DNA of 64,000 bases from Bispira polyomma (taxonomy: Eukaryota). Below the pieces are notes generated by a model that searched no databases, was not told the DNA's origin, and saw only the letters and a program-made list of their open reading frames with translations. This document shows, piece after piece, positions 49,000 through 60,947 of this stretch; the first letter of the stretch is position 1; every line of letters starts with the position of its first letter. The stretch covers positions 2,170,001 through 2,234,000 of the forward strand of contig OZ287755.1 of assembly GCA_965649765.1 (NCBI GenBank), in the 5' to 3' direction. Both the position numbers and the translations under genes were made by a program.

Positions 49000-49456
49000 T
49001 TTGCCGTTTGGGGATCTATACTAATGTCTCTCCATACCTCATAAATTACATTAGTTTTCTATGTATTATCTTATTCTGTCTAAAATGCATGTATCCACTT
49101 TCAAGCTGTTATCTCTCAACAACCCTCTTTCTTTGCTGCTCATCTTTTCTTCAGTAATCTTAAAAGTTGCAAGAGGCTTTGAGTTTTCTCTGTTAAACCT
49201 ACCAAGAGGGCTGGATTTAGAGCTTTCTCTATTGCTGCCCCTGTGTTATGCAATAGTCTCCCTGTTAAGCTTAGATCACCAGAAACACTTTCTGGTTTTT
49301 AAGAAAAAGCTTAAAACATATCTCTTGAATCTCCACATACTTCCTTAGGACCTTGCTATGTCTTTTGGAATTCTCAATTGGTAACTGATTCTGCTGTTGC
49401 ACTTTTAAAAACGTGTTGCATCAATAAGTTGTGTTAAAAATCCATAATACAATATA
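49000..49456 (+). mobile_element. L2-like 3' fragment, same family as 18943-19260
   Basis: accaagagggctggatttagagctttctctattgctgcccct..cactttctggttttt..cttaaaacatatctc, ending ataatacaata. Confidence 0.75.
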
Positions 49457-50074
49457 CCTGTAATACATTTGCTTTAACAATGCCAGTTGGGTCATTATAC
49501 CATTATATGCTATCTTCAAAATAAACTGCATGTATCTCAAATGTCATCGATGCTCTTGTGCTCAAACTAGCAGCTCTTAAAAATAATTATATCCACGGAA
49601 CCACTTTGCATGATACCTGAATACCAAATTTATTTTTTATTTTCTGCAAAAAAATGTGTTTTCTATGGTTATAAAGTCATTATCTGAAAAACAACATCTA
49701 GCTTTATCAACATTATCAGACAATATAGGTCATATGGTGCCACTTAACTAATGGATTTTACAGACAGATATTGACCACAGAGAATCACTTAGTATATGCC
49801 TCTTGTACAAGCACAATGAACAATTTAAGCTTGAAGAAAATGTCTCCACTAATTTATCATTTTTATCAAAAAAGTGTACCATAATTCGTTTTCACTACAA
49901 GACATTAGCTAAGTTAATCAAGTAATAAATATAATTACTCTCCAAAAGTCTTTAACTACAAAATGTTTCTGGTGAGAATTTCTACTTTGTGTAAACTATA
50001 TATGACTCTTAAGGTAGACTGAAAACAAGTGGTTTGGTAGGTGGCCAGAAAGTCTTGAAGGGTTCACAATTCTA

Positions 50075-50800
50075 TCTATACACCCACCCCCCATGGATGT
50101 GCCAGCAACTGGGGCCACACAACAACTGTGGACAAGTGAAACACAGATGGCTGGGTATGTGTATGCATGGTTGGGTGTATGGCTGTATGACTGACTGGGT
50201 GTGTGGTTGTGTGTATGGTTGGGTGTGTGATGTATGTATGGTTGGGTGTGTCTTGTATGTATGGTTGGGTGTGTGGTTTTATGAATGGCTGGGTATGTGG
50301 TTATATGAATAACTGGGTGTTTTGTTGTGTGAATGGCTGTGCCACCAACTGGGATCATTGGCAACTATATATACAGCAACTGCATACAGCAACTGCAAGT
50401 AAAAACATAGATGACTGCGTGTAGGGTTGTGTGAATGGCTGGATGTATGGTTGTGTGAATGGCTGGATGTGTCGTTGTATGAATTGCTGGATGTGTGGTT
50501 GTGTGAATGGTTGGGTGTGATTGTGAGAATGGCTGGGTTTTTGTTTGTCAGAATGGCTGGGTGTATGTGTTTATAGCTACGTGCATGGTGTTGTGAATAA
50601 CTGGATGTGTGGTGGTATGAATGGTTGGGTGTGTGAATGGCCAAGTGTATGGTTGAGTGAATGACTGGGTGTTTGGGTATTTATACACATCCCTATGGGT
50701 GTGCCAGCTGGGACCATTGGCAACCATACACACAACACCTGTATACAAGTAAAACACAGATGGCTGAGTGTATTGTTATGTGAATGGCTGGGTGTGTGGT
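50075..50800. repeat. GT-rich degenerate repeat with three copies of a ~70-bp non-GT block
   Basis: tgtgcca..actggg..acaagtaaaacacagatggctg at ~50098, ~50338 and ~50700, separated by gaatggctgggtgtgtgg-type repeats. Confidence 0.75.
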
Positions 50801-51419
50801 CAGGGGTATGGCTCTAGGCTACTAGGTTCTGGTAGGGACATGGGTGTCTTAACCAAAATTGTTACATATATATATATATGTGTGGACATTTCAATAGATG
50901 CAAAACAAATTCATTGTAGAGTATAATTTTAATCAATTGTAGCAGCCACTTTTAAATAAGGCCTGAATATATTGATATCAACAATGGTGCAAAAGGTAAG
51001 TGACGTACTAATTACATATTATATTACTTCTCCCTTAATCAAATTCTGGAGCAATATTTCTTTGAACTTATGAGGTTAATTAAATTAAATTAAATCAATC
51101 TCACAACTACACCATATGTTGTTGTAATCCTGTGTATGTTATTGGTGCATATAGCTTTATCTATATGGTTTTCCACGTCTAGATTCACCAAGACATTTTA
51201 CCCTAGCTGGCGGCTCACATAGATTAACGTTTAATTATTTGGGGGAAAATTATATTAACAAAACGTGTTTCTGTATTTTCAGGCAAATTTATTTCAGTTA
51301 AGTATAATGTTTTACTTTTGACTTAATTTTAGTGGATGGGTATCTCCGAATTTCTAATCCAATAACAAAGTTTGACAATTATATCCTCGATTAAACCTTG
51401 GGTTGATCCTCAGGCTGAG

Positions 51420-51640
51420 CTGAGTCTGATACACTAAGAGGCTAGAGGATGACCATTTACCACTGTTATGGGGATTTATAACCTACCACCAGGGATAGGA
51501 GACCCCATGACAGAGGACGGACATTTTAAGTGGTCATCCGAGCAATTGGGTATCTTTCTGTATCTGGTCTCACACACTGGGATCAAACCCAGGGCACCTG
51601 TGATCCTTACCGAGTGGTTGACCTCACTAGGTCACAGTGA
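51420..51640 (-). mobile_element. tRNA-derived SINE of a second family
   Basis: Reverse complement: tgacctagtgagg (A-box-like), gggtttgatccc (B-box-like), cggatgaccacttaaaa core. Confidence 0.5.
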
Positions 51641-54600
51641 AAAAAACCCTTGTAATGGTGTGGATCATTCTTGTCTGTGAGTAACAAGGAAAAAACTTGA
51701 AAAAGATAAATATAACTGCCTGGATATTTTTAACATTAAAGTCGCCTTTAACAGCATAGTCTTAACATTTCCAAGCCTTGAAGATGGAGGTATTATATAA
51801 ATATAAAGTGAAAATAGTGAAAAACTAATTCTGTGAAAGTCTTTTTACAAACTGGTAAAACTGGGTCAAGTTTATAAACTTCTGTGTGTATATGCACAGT
51901 CATTATCTGAAGGTGCCTGGGTCATAATTTGACAGACAGGTTTACACCCAAACAACTCTGTGTGTGTGTTATTTGAGAGACCCCATTTCTGTCACCCAGT
52001 GTCAGGTGTGTGTGTGTAAAGTGGTTTTCAGAGGAATGTTCGCCAAGGTCACTCCCTGTTGGAGTCACTCCACTAATGATGAACCAACACACTCATATTA
52101 TAGAGAGACACATTGATGTTCTACACAAATAATAAATTTAGCTAAGAAAAAAATATGACGAATTTTACAAATTTTTTGAGGAATTTACTGGAAATTCAAT
52201 TTTCACTACTGTGAAATTAATTTTTTTCAGTTTAAAATAATTATTACAACTTTTTAGTTGTTTTCATTATTATCCAGTTGCATTAGATAAAACAGCCGAA
52301 ATAAAATCTCGAGTGAGAATTTCTACTTTTGAGAGTCTATTTCTAATTTGGAGGGTGATATTTCTAAACAGTTCTCAGTATTGGACCATAGCCAGGATCT
52401 AAACTAACTAAATACTGGCCACATTTCTATAAGTGTGTGTTTGAGAAAACCTTTTTGGAGTGAATTGGATCCTTTTGAAAGAAAAACAAGTGGGTGTTAT
52501 TTACTGGGTCTGAAAAACTGGGCATTGGACATATGTTTAACATTATATTTATATGTGACTTAATCTTTGTGAACATGAGGTCTAAAGTGTGTAACGCAAT
52601 AGAAAATACATAGGAAATATCCTTTCTCTTTTAAATTAAAAACCTTCATCAAGCTAAAATGCCACTCAATGGAACACATACCGCCAAAAGCAATTCAGTG
52701 CTACAAAGTGATCAAAACAATTCATTGAGCAACCATTTCTACTGGCTATGAAATGAAATGAGAGTATTATGTAGCCCATGACTTGAGCTCTCCACCAAAA
52801 GATAAATCTGTTCAGTTCGCTTTGTTTGTTTTGGCTTACAAATTATTAGACACGGGCCAAAACATGAGCTTCTTGGTGGAGGAGATAACATATTTCTTCA
52901 TATTATCTATTCATTTACTAAAGTTGCATATTAATTACAAAAACAGTAGAGTATTATATCAGTACCCAGCCCTAATGGGCAGACTGTTCACTACTTATCA
53001 AGTTAAGGTGGCAGTTACACAAATACACATAGAAACATAAGCCTTAATACTTGTATTTTATGATATTGGTTATTCGGTAATATATTTCTATTCTCCCACA
53101 TTTCTGAGATAAAATCAACTATTAGTTTGTAACTCTAGAGATACACAATATTTGATAGAACTGATCTATTTGGTCGTTACTTCTACTTATATCTAGTTGA
53201 TGATCACATATTTTACAAAGATTTTCCAACTTAGGACAAACACGTATGAAATGGATGTCATCTTCAACACCTATTCCAGAGATTACATCTTTTCTCATGA
53301 AGTTTTTTTTTTCTTAAATACGTTCCTGTTTCAATCTCAAAGGGTAAAATGTCAATTCTACCTCACACCTTTAATTTTCAAATATACTCTATACATACAC
53401 TATTATTTTTGAATACCCAATGCCAACACTGGCTCATGATATTAATATATTTTGTTTTTTAGTCTGAAAATTATGAACTGATGTATAAATATATATAATT
53501 GTATATGAAAAAAACTTGTAACCCACAAACTCAGTCCATAATGTGCATATAAATCATAAATGCTGTTTTCATACCAAAAACAACACATCGCCAATCTTTT
53601 TATATTTTAACAGGTTTAAACCGGTTTCTTATAAGGCAGCATATTTAATGGGGGTGTGATTGTGTACATACGTGGGTGGCTGTGTGGTTACATGGATGGC
53701 CACACTCTTCACACACAGGTACCGCACAGGAGGAAATGTTAACGTTGGAATTGATTTGGACACCACACTTGATAATTATCTTGATTAAAAAAAATTGAAA
53801 ACTTGTATTAACATTAACATTATTAATATCTTTAAAACTAGACAAAATCATGAATAATACTAATATAAATCTCACTGAATTCCTTTTAAGAACATGTATG
53901 TTATATTCAGATCCTTTCTTTCAGCCACAATGTGTCCATTCAGACTAGTGTACACACACACCAATGTACATATGTGTAGATCTACAGGAGCCTTGTAGCA
54001 AATACTGACTTATGTGCTATCACCAAACTCTGTCTATTTGTATTGTCTAGAGTTCCATGTACATTCGAGTACACACACATACACATACACTGGTGACACA
54101 CAAGCACTTCTACAAAACTAGTCCATGTTGAAGAAAAAAACCATTACAGGGATATATATTTAATAGAGACATGTTCTACTATAGAAACATTTTGTCAGTT
54201 GGGTGTGTTTTTATAAAACCCTTGGAAGTCTCCACATAAACAGTAAGTTGTCTTCTTGTTTACAGTTAAATTTCCTGTTTAGGTTCTCTTATTAATGTAG
54301 ACATGTTAACTGTTAACTCTCATATACAATTATGTATACACATGTTTGATCATTTGGAACCACAAAATAATTTTTATAAATTATGTACCTTACAACATGT
54401 ATGCTTATAAGTAACTAAATATAGATACTATCTAAATACTTAGTATGGCATGCAATTTCTCCATTTGACATTCTCTTTCAATATCCCCCTATTGTAAACT
54501 TATCCCTCTTTTTGCCACTTGACAAGTTCTAACAGGAGATGTTTTTGTTTATTTCAAAAGAAGCAGACTGGGTTTTGTTTCTCTATATATTTGTTTATAA

Positions 54601-55060
54601 CTAACCCTTTTACCCCCGTGTTACGTTTGTTGTTTACCTTTAACCCAGTAACACATCTAAAAACCAAAAAGCAGATTCCTTGTTTTTGTCCGAAATTGTA
54701 AAGGTTCAACTGATGTGAACATACCGTATGCGCCCAAAGTGTGGCCCAATTTTTGGTATATTAACTGTTGGAATTCACTGGAAGTATCTGAAGACAGAGG
54801 AGTATGACACCATTTTTATCCACCACCACACCCCCACCCCCCACAAGGTTATTTAGCCCTGACCACTAGGGATATATAGCACCAGATGACACCTCCATTT
54901 TAAGTATTGACATCCTAAACACTATGAGAAAGCCGCTGTGGCCTAATCTAATCTAATCAAACTTTCATAATAAGTTGTTAAAATCATTGCAATGCAAATT
55001 CATGATCCTAGAGGTCACATGGGCAAGAAAGATTTCTATAGAGGGTACCCCGGGATGAAG

Positions 55061-55880
55061 TGTTACAAATGGGGACATTGTGGTGTGTTGAAGAAAAACC
55101 GGTCTAGTTAGTACTAATGGTTTTACACTCTGCTGGAGTGATCTATTTATAGATTTGGGGAAACCCCTAAGCTTCTAGAAACCGGTTCTATTTTATTTCT
55201 GAAGGTTATTAAAGTTGTATTCATATGTATATCTCATCTCTGGAATGTCCTAGCGATTGCTTACACATTCTAGCAACCTTCTCTAGCAGTGGTATATATA
55301 AGGGTTGACAGCCTGGCCACAGAAGAGATTTAATTGAGCTGAGGTGCTATATGAATGCTATAGGAACTACTATACTGTTTGTTATATACATTTTGTGGTG
55401 AACTCATTGGAGTGAACTAGATAAAAGTTGTGGATCTACCAGAGATTGGATTTACTGCATATTGGATATTGTTTGCATCCTGGACTGGATAGCTTAGTTG
55501 TGCAGATTCTCTGGATATATACATTTTGTGTGCGTGGACGCTGAACAGATAACAGGATACAGGCATTGTGTGGACATTAAGTGGATCTCAAGACAGATTG
55601 CTGGATACAGTGGACAAACTGGTTTAATTGTTATTTAAGTGGACAGGACTGTGGTCAGGTCAGATTGATTTCATTATTATATTATTGTGTGAGCTATTAA
55701 GGGTATCTCAGTTGACTGTAATTCTGTAATTCTGTAATTTTGTAATTTTATAATTCTGTAATTCTGTAGTTGTTATTTTATTTGTTAAATAAATTTGTTA
55801 AGTGAAACTTTTTGTCTTTTCCTGTTACAACCTCAAAGCAACCGGTAATTGCTACCGCGCTGGCTCCCGTCACCGTAACA
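55061..55880 (+). repeat. 5' LTR
   Basis: TGTTACA...GTAACA termini; TATA-like tatatataag at ~55293; ctgtaatt octamer tandem at 55716-55768; AATAAA at 55788-55793. Confidence 0.97.
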
Positions 55881-55887
55881 GGAAAAT

Positions 55888-55905
55888 TGGGGGCTCGTCC
55901 GGGAT
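55888..55905 (+). promoter_or_regulatory. Primer-binding site complementary to the tRNA-Pro 3' end
   Basis: TGGGGGCTCGTCCGGGAT, the 18-nt PBS-Pro sequence known from murine leukaemia virus; 7 nt downstream of the LTR end. Confidence 0.93.
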
Positions 55906-55990
55906 CTAACCATTTGATTTAACTATTTTATAGCTTTTTGAAAAATCATTTATTTTGTTGAAAAATATATTACAGTCAACAGTGCTCAAA

Positions 55991-58900
55991 ATGGCTAGTG
56001 CTAAAGAGTTTGTACAGTCACCATCTATTGAGGTTCTAGAAACTTTTAAAAAAGATATGTTAATGCAGATAACACAGGAATTACAGTTAGATGTGAAAAA
56101 GTCAACACGTAAACATGAACTTAAAAGGCTTATTGTTGAACAGTTAGTTGATGAAGACCTTTTGCATGATAGTTGTTTAGAAGTGTATGAACCTCTGCCA
56201 ATGGAACCTTCTGGGCAATTTGAGATCAGGCGATTAGAAATTGAAAGAGAGCTAAAACTTAAAGAGCTTGAAGCTCAGCAACAACAGAGAAAAGAAGAGC
56301 TTGAGCTTGAGGCTCAAAGGAGAAAAGAAGAGCTTGAGGCTCAAAGGCGAAAAGAAGAGCTTGAGCTTGAGGCTCAAAGGCGAAAAGAAGAGCTCGAAGC
56401 TCAAAAATTTGAAAAGGAGCTTGAACTTAAACATGAAAGGAAAATGAAGGCTTTGGAACTCAATGCTCGCCGAATTGCCCATGAAGAGTCCATGGCAACC
56501 AAATTTGATTTGGGTAAAAATATGCGACTGGTACCACCTTTCAGCGAGTCCGAAGTTGATAAATATTTTCAACACTTTGAACGAGTGGCTCAAAATTTGA
56601 AATGGCCCACAAACCAATGGCCTTTATTGCTGCAAAGTGTTTTCAAAGGCAAAGCCCAAGAGGCATATACAGCTTTGCCAATTTCTGAATGTAGAGATTA
56701 TGACTGTGTGAAAAATGCTATCTTGAAAGCATATGAGTTGGTACCAGAAGCATATCGTCAAAAATTCAGAAATTATCGTAAGCAAGAAAATCAAACTTAT
56801 GTTGAATTTGCCCATGAAAAAGAAGTGTACTTTGACAGATGGTGTAATTCTAGAGAAGTTGGTACAGACTTTGAAAAGCTTAGGCAAGTCATTTTAATTG
56901 AGGAGTTCAAAAGGGGTGTTCGTGATGACATTAGAACCTATCTGGATGAACAGAAAGTAGAAAATTTGCAAAAAGCAGCAGCTTATGCTGATGAGTATGC
57001 GCTGACTCACAAGTCCACTTTTAACAAGAGTAAATCCTCTGGTCCCACAAAGAAGTTTTATCCTGAAATAGGAAAGAAATTCAAAAATGTAGCTCCAGAA
57101 AAGAGTTCCGATAAGTTTCAAACAACAAATCAGACAATGAGTAAGGATAGGAAACCTAGGTCCTTTGCTCCTGTGTGCCATTACTGTAAAAAACCTGGGC
57201 ATGTTATGTCTGACTGTTGGCTCCTTAAGAAAAGGAGAGAAAAGGAGGCAACACCTAATGCTTTTATTTCTAGCAAATCTAATTGGCGTTCAAATCCCAA
57301 TAGAACAGAATCTAGTATTGGTTTAGACAAGTCTGAGATTAGGGATGAGTTCAAACCTTTTGTGTCTGAGGGTTTTGTGTCCTTAGAAAGTAGTTCCAGT
57401 CAAGTTCCCATTAGGATACTAAGAGACACTGGTGCTACTCAGTCACTACTTTTAGAAGGTGTATTGCCATTGAGTGTAAGCACTTCTACTGGTGAGAGTA
57501 TTATTGCTCAAGGTATTGAAGGAGGTTGTGTAAACATTCCCTTACATAAGGTCAACTTAGTATCAGACTTAGTTACTGGTTCTGTTGTGGTGGGTACCAG
57601 GCCCACTTTACCCATTAAAGGGGTGTCTTTGCTGTTGGGAAATGATTTGGCAGGTGGCAAGGTGGTTGCTGATCCTAAGGTTACTTCTAAGCCGATCACT
57701 TTGGTTAGCACTGAGAAATTAGAAGAGGTTATTCCTGGTATTTTTCCCTCCTGTGCTGTGACTCGAGCTATGGCTAAAAAAGCCCAAGAAGAACCAAAAG
57801 ATTGTAAACAATCTGCAGATGTCTTAGTTGATTTATCAGATACATTCTTAAACAACTGTGACCATGATGTGCAAAATCATAGTGAGATTGACCCTAAAGG
57901 TAGGAAAGATTCTGGGAAACAAGACCAATTTGATGATCCAGATGTATCACTCTCAAAATCAAAATTGATTGTAGAGCAGGAAAATGACCCTGAATTAGCC
58001 GCTCTATTCAAATTGGTGTTACCACCAGTAGAGCTAGATAAGGTCCCAGTAGGCTATTATATCAGAAATGGTGTGCTTATGCGAAAGTGGAGGCCGCCAA
58101 GTGTCCCTACCTCTGAGAACTGGTCAATACTTCATCAGATTGTATTACCAAAAGTGTACCAAAATGATGTATTGAGGTTAGCTCATGAGTCTCCAATGGG
58201 TGGCCATTTAGGCATCAACAAAACCTATGGCAAAATATCCAAGCATTTCTACTGGCCTCAAACCCGGCGCTGTGTGGCAGAATTTTGTAAAACTTGTCAC
58301 ATTTGTCAAGTTGTGGGAAAACCAAACCAAAAAATTCCTGTAGCTCCTCTAAAACCCATTCCAGCATTTGAGGAACCATTCAGCAAAGTGATAATGGATT
58401 GTGTAGGCCCCTTACCAAAGACTAAATCCAGAAACCAATATCTCCTAACCATTATGTGTGCCTCAACCAGATTCCCTGAAGCCATACCTTTGACCAACAT
58501 AACAGCCCCAAAAATCTCAAAAGCTTTAGTCAATTTCTTTACTTTAGTTGGCTTACCAAAGGAGATGCAGTCAGATCAAGGGTCAAATTTCATGTCAGGA
58601 TTATTTCAGCAAGTTGTGTTTCAGCTAGGTGCCAAACAGATCAAATCTAGTGCTTATCACCCAGAATCACAAGGTGCCCTTGAAAGGTTCCATTCCACTT
58701 TAAAAAATATGATTAGGACATATTGCTTAGACAATGAGAAAGATTGGGATGAAGGCATCAACTTATTATTGTTTGCAGTTAGGGAATCAGTGCAAGAGTC
58801 TTTAGGCTTTAGTCCCTTTGAGTTGGTGTTTGGTCATTCAGTCCGTGGTCCTCTCAAATTGTTGAAAGAAAATTGGTTATCCGAGAACTCTGAGAGCCTA

Positions 58901-60754
58901 AACCTGTTAGATTATGTTTCAAAGTTTAGGAGTAGGCTGAAAAAGGCTTGTGAGCTAGCGCAACAAAATCTGAAACATTCTCAGTCAAAAATGAAAAGGC
59001 TTTATGATAGAAAGTCACAAAACCGTGTTTTTAAACCGGGAGACAAGGTTTTAGTGCTATTACCTGTCCAGGGGAACATGTTACAGGCCAGATATCATGG
59101 GCCTTACAAAGTGTTAAAAAGAGTAGGTGATCTGGATTATGTCATTGAAACCCCGGACAGAAGGAAGTCAACCCAACTGTGTCATGTAAATATGGTAAAA
59201 CCATACTTTGAAAGGGGTGTGACAAAGCCTGTCATGGCTACTGACTGTAATGTGGAAAATGACAACAATCAGGAGCATGAAGCATGGGATGACACTCATG
59301 ATGTTGAAGTTAAATGTAAAATCAGGTTGAGTAATTCAGAAATTCTTGCTGATTTGGAAACCAAACTGAATCATGTACCTCCAGATAAGAGAATCTCACT
59401 TAGTGAGTTACTCTTGAAGTATAAGTCAGTATTTCCTGATGCCCCTAACAGGACTAATGTACTCATGCATGATGTTGATGTTGGCAATGCCATTCCGGTC
59501 AAACAGCACCCATATCGGGTAAACCCGATTAAACTTGGAAAATTAAGACAAGAAGTGCAATACATGTTGGACAAAGATATAATTGAACCAAGTCAAAGTA
59601 GTTGGGCATCTCCTTGTGTTTTGGTCCCGAAGCCTGATGGTTCTATCAGATATTGCACAGACTATAGAAAGGTTAATGTTTTGAGTAAAACCGATTCATT
59701 TCCTATCCCAAGAATGGAAGATTGTATTGATCGGATTGGTAAAGCCAAATATATCACAAAATGTGACTTATTGAAAGGTTACTGGTGTGTACCTCTTACT
59801 GAACGGGCAAAAGAAATATCAGCATTTGTAACTCCCGATGGTCTGTATCAGTACAAGGTAATGCCATTTGGCATGAAAAATTCCCAAGCTACATTTCAGA
59901 GACTAATGAATATATGTTTAAGAAACTTAGAAGGGGTTGAAGTGTATGTGGATGATATTGTCATCTTTAGTGATACTTGGGAAGAACATTTGAAAAGACT
60001 TGAACAAGTTCTGTTTCAGCTCAAACAAGCCAACCTTACTGTGAATCTATCAAAAAGTGACTTTGTAAAAGCAAAGGTTGTTTACTTAGGGCATGTAGTT
60101 GGTCATGGAGTTGTGACACCAATTAAAGCAAAAGTTGAAAGTATCATTGACTATCCCATTCCTAGAAATAAGAAAAGTTTAATGAGGTTTCTGGGAATGT
60201 CAGGTTATTATAGAAAATTTTGTAAAAATTTCTCAGATGTCACTGCTCCACTGACTGAGCTCTTAAAAAAAAACGTAAAATATCACTGGTCTGAAGCATG
60301 TCAAAAAGCATTTGACAAAGTAAAGAGTGTTCTCTGTTCGGAGCCTGTATTAGCTGCTCCAGACTTCAGTAGACCATTTCGGTTAGCTGTGGATGCCAGT
60401 GATGTTGGAGCAGGTGCAGTTTTACTGCAGACTGATGATGAAGATATTGAACATCCCATTTGTTATTTTTCAAAAAAATTTAACGTACATCAAAAAAATT
60501 ACTCTACAATCGAAAAGGAATGTTTAGCCCTCATTTTAGCCATTAAACACTTTGATATATATATATCTTCATCATCAAAACCAACTATCGTGTACACAGA
60601 TCACAACCCTTTAGTATTCTTGCACAAAATGAAAAACAAAAACAGACGTCTATTGAATTGGAGTTTGGTTTTGCAAGAATACAGTTTACAAATAGAGCAT
60701 GTTAAAGGAAAGGATAACATTTGTGCTGATGCTCTATCAAGAAGTTGTAGTTAA
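55991..60754 (+). CDS. Gag-Pol polyprotein, 1587 aa from the first ATG (capsid/SCAN-like, CCHC, protease, integrase, RT, RNase H)
   Basis: CHYCKKPGHVMSDC knuckle; LRDTGA protease; HESPMGGH..CHIC, MDCVG, SDQG, LERFH and GPY integrase motifs; then DYRKVN, MPFG, YVDD (RT); VDAS, EKECLA, TDH, ADALSR (RNase H). No stops or frameshifts. Confidence 0.96.
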   Translation: MASAKEFVQSPSIEVLETFKKDMLMQITQELQLDVKKSTRKHELKRLIVEQLVDEDLLHDSCLEVYEPLPMEPSGQFEIRRLEIERELKLKELEAQQQQRKEELELEAQRRKEELEAQRRKEELELEAQRRKEELEAQKFEKELELKHERKMKALELNARRIAHEESMATKFDLGKNMRLVPPFSESEVDKYFQHFERVAQNLKWPTNQWPLLLQSVFKGKAQEAYTALPISECRDYDCVKNAILKAYELVPEAYRQKFRNYRKQENQTYVEFAHEKEVYFDRWCNSREVGTDFEKLRQVILIEEFKRGVRDDIRTYLDEQKVENLQKAAAYADEYALTHKSTFNKSKSSGPTKKFYPEIGKKFKNVAPEKSSDKFQTTNQTMSKDRKPRSFAPVCHYCKKPGHVMSDCWLLKKRREKEATPNAFISSKSNWRSNPNRTESSIGLDKSEIRDEFKPFVSEGFVSLESSSSQVPIRILRDTGATQSLLLEGVLPLSVSTSTGESIIAQGIEGGCVNIPLHKVNLVSDLVTGSVVVGTRPTLPIKGVSLLLGNDLAGGKVVADPKVTSKPITLVSTEKLEEVIPGIFPSCAVTRAMAKKAQEEPKDCKQSADVLVDLSDTFLNNCDHDVQNHSEIDPKGRKDSGKQDQFDDPDVSLSKSKLIVEQENDPELAALFKLVLPPVELDKVPVGYYIRNGVLMRKWRPPSVPTSENWSILHQIVLPKVYQNDVLRLAHESPMGGHLGINKTYGKISKHFYWPQTRRCVAEFCKTCHICQVVGKPNQKIPVAPLKPIPAFEEPFSKVIMDCVGPLPKTKSRNQYLLTIMCASTRFPEAIPLTNITAPKISKALVNFFTLVGLPKEMQSDQGSNFMSGLFQQVVFQLGAKQIKSSAYHPESQGALERFHSTLKNMIRTYCLDNEKDWDEGINLLLFAVRESVQESLGFSPFELVFGHSVRGPLKLLKENWLSENSESLNLLDYVSKFRSRLKKACELAQQNLKHSQSKMKRLYDRKSQNRVFKPGDKVLVLLPVQGNMLQARYHGPYKVLKRVGDLDYVIETPDRRKSTQLCHVNMVKPYFERGVTKPVMATDCNVENDNNQEHEAWDDTHDVEVKCKIRLSNSEILADLETKLNHVPPDKRISLSELLLKYKSVFPDAPNRTNVLMHDVDVGNAIPVKQHPYRVNPIKLGKLRQEVQYMLDKDIIEPSQSSWASPCVLVPKPDGSIRYCTDYRKVNVLSKTDSFPIPRMEDCIDRIGKAKYITKCDLLKGYWCVPLTERAKEISAFVTPDGLYQYKVMPFGMKNSQATFQRLMNICLRNLEGVEVYVDDIVIFSDTWEEHLKRLEQVLFQLKQANLTVNLSKSDFVKAKVVYLGHVVGHGVVTPIKAKVESIIDYPIPRNKKSLMRFLGMSGYYRKFCKNFSDVTAPLTELLKKNVKYHWSEACQKAFDKVKSVLCSEPVLAAPDFSRPFRLAVDASDVGAGAVLLQTDDEDIEHPICYFSKKFNVHQKNYSTIEKECLALILAIKHFDIYISSSSKPTIVYTDHNPLVFLHKMKNKNRRLLNWSLVLQEYSLQIEHVKGKDNICADALSRSCS

Positions 60755-60936
60755 AGGTTATTTTGTATGTTAGTAACTGAAAAGTTGTAACTTGTAAAAC
60801 TTAGATGTTTACTTATGGATAATACTTGTGTAACTTAAAATATAATGTTTCATGGATCAATATGTACACTGTATGTTCACTTATGTTTTGTGTAATATGA
60901 AATTTTGTAACCCCTTGGCTTCCAAAATTTTTCTTT

Positions 60937-60947
60937 AAGGGGGGAGG
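60937..60947 (+). promoter_or_regulatory. Polypurine tract
   Basis: AAGGGGGGAGG directly abutting the TG of the 3' LTR. Confidence 0.9.

Noticed and set aside
56252-59574. Several antisense ORFs within gag-pol
   Set aside because: Short shadow frames of the long sense ORF with no recognisable motifs.
60755-60936. Possible env or accessory gene
   Set aside because: Only ~180 AT-rich bases lie between the pol stop and the PPT, so this is not an env-bearing endogenous retrovirus despite the MLV-like PBS.
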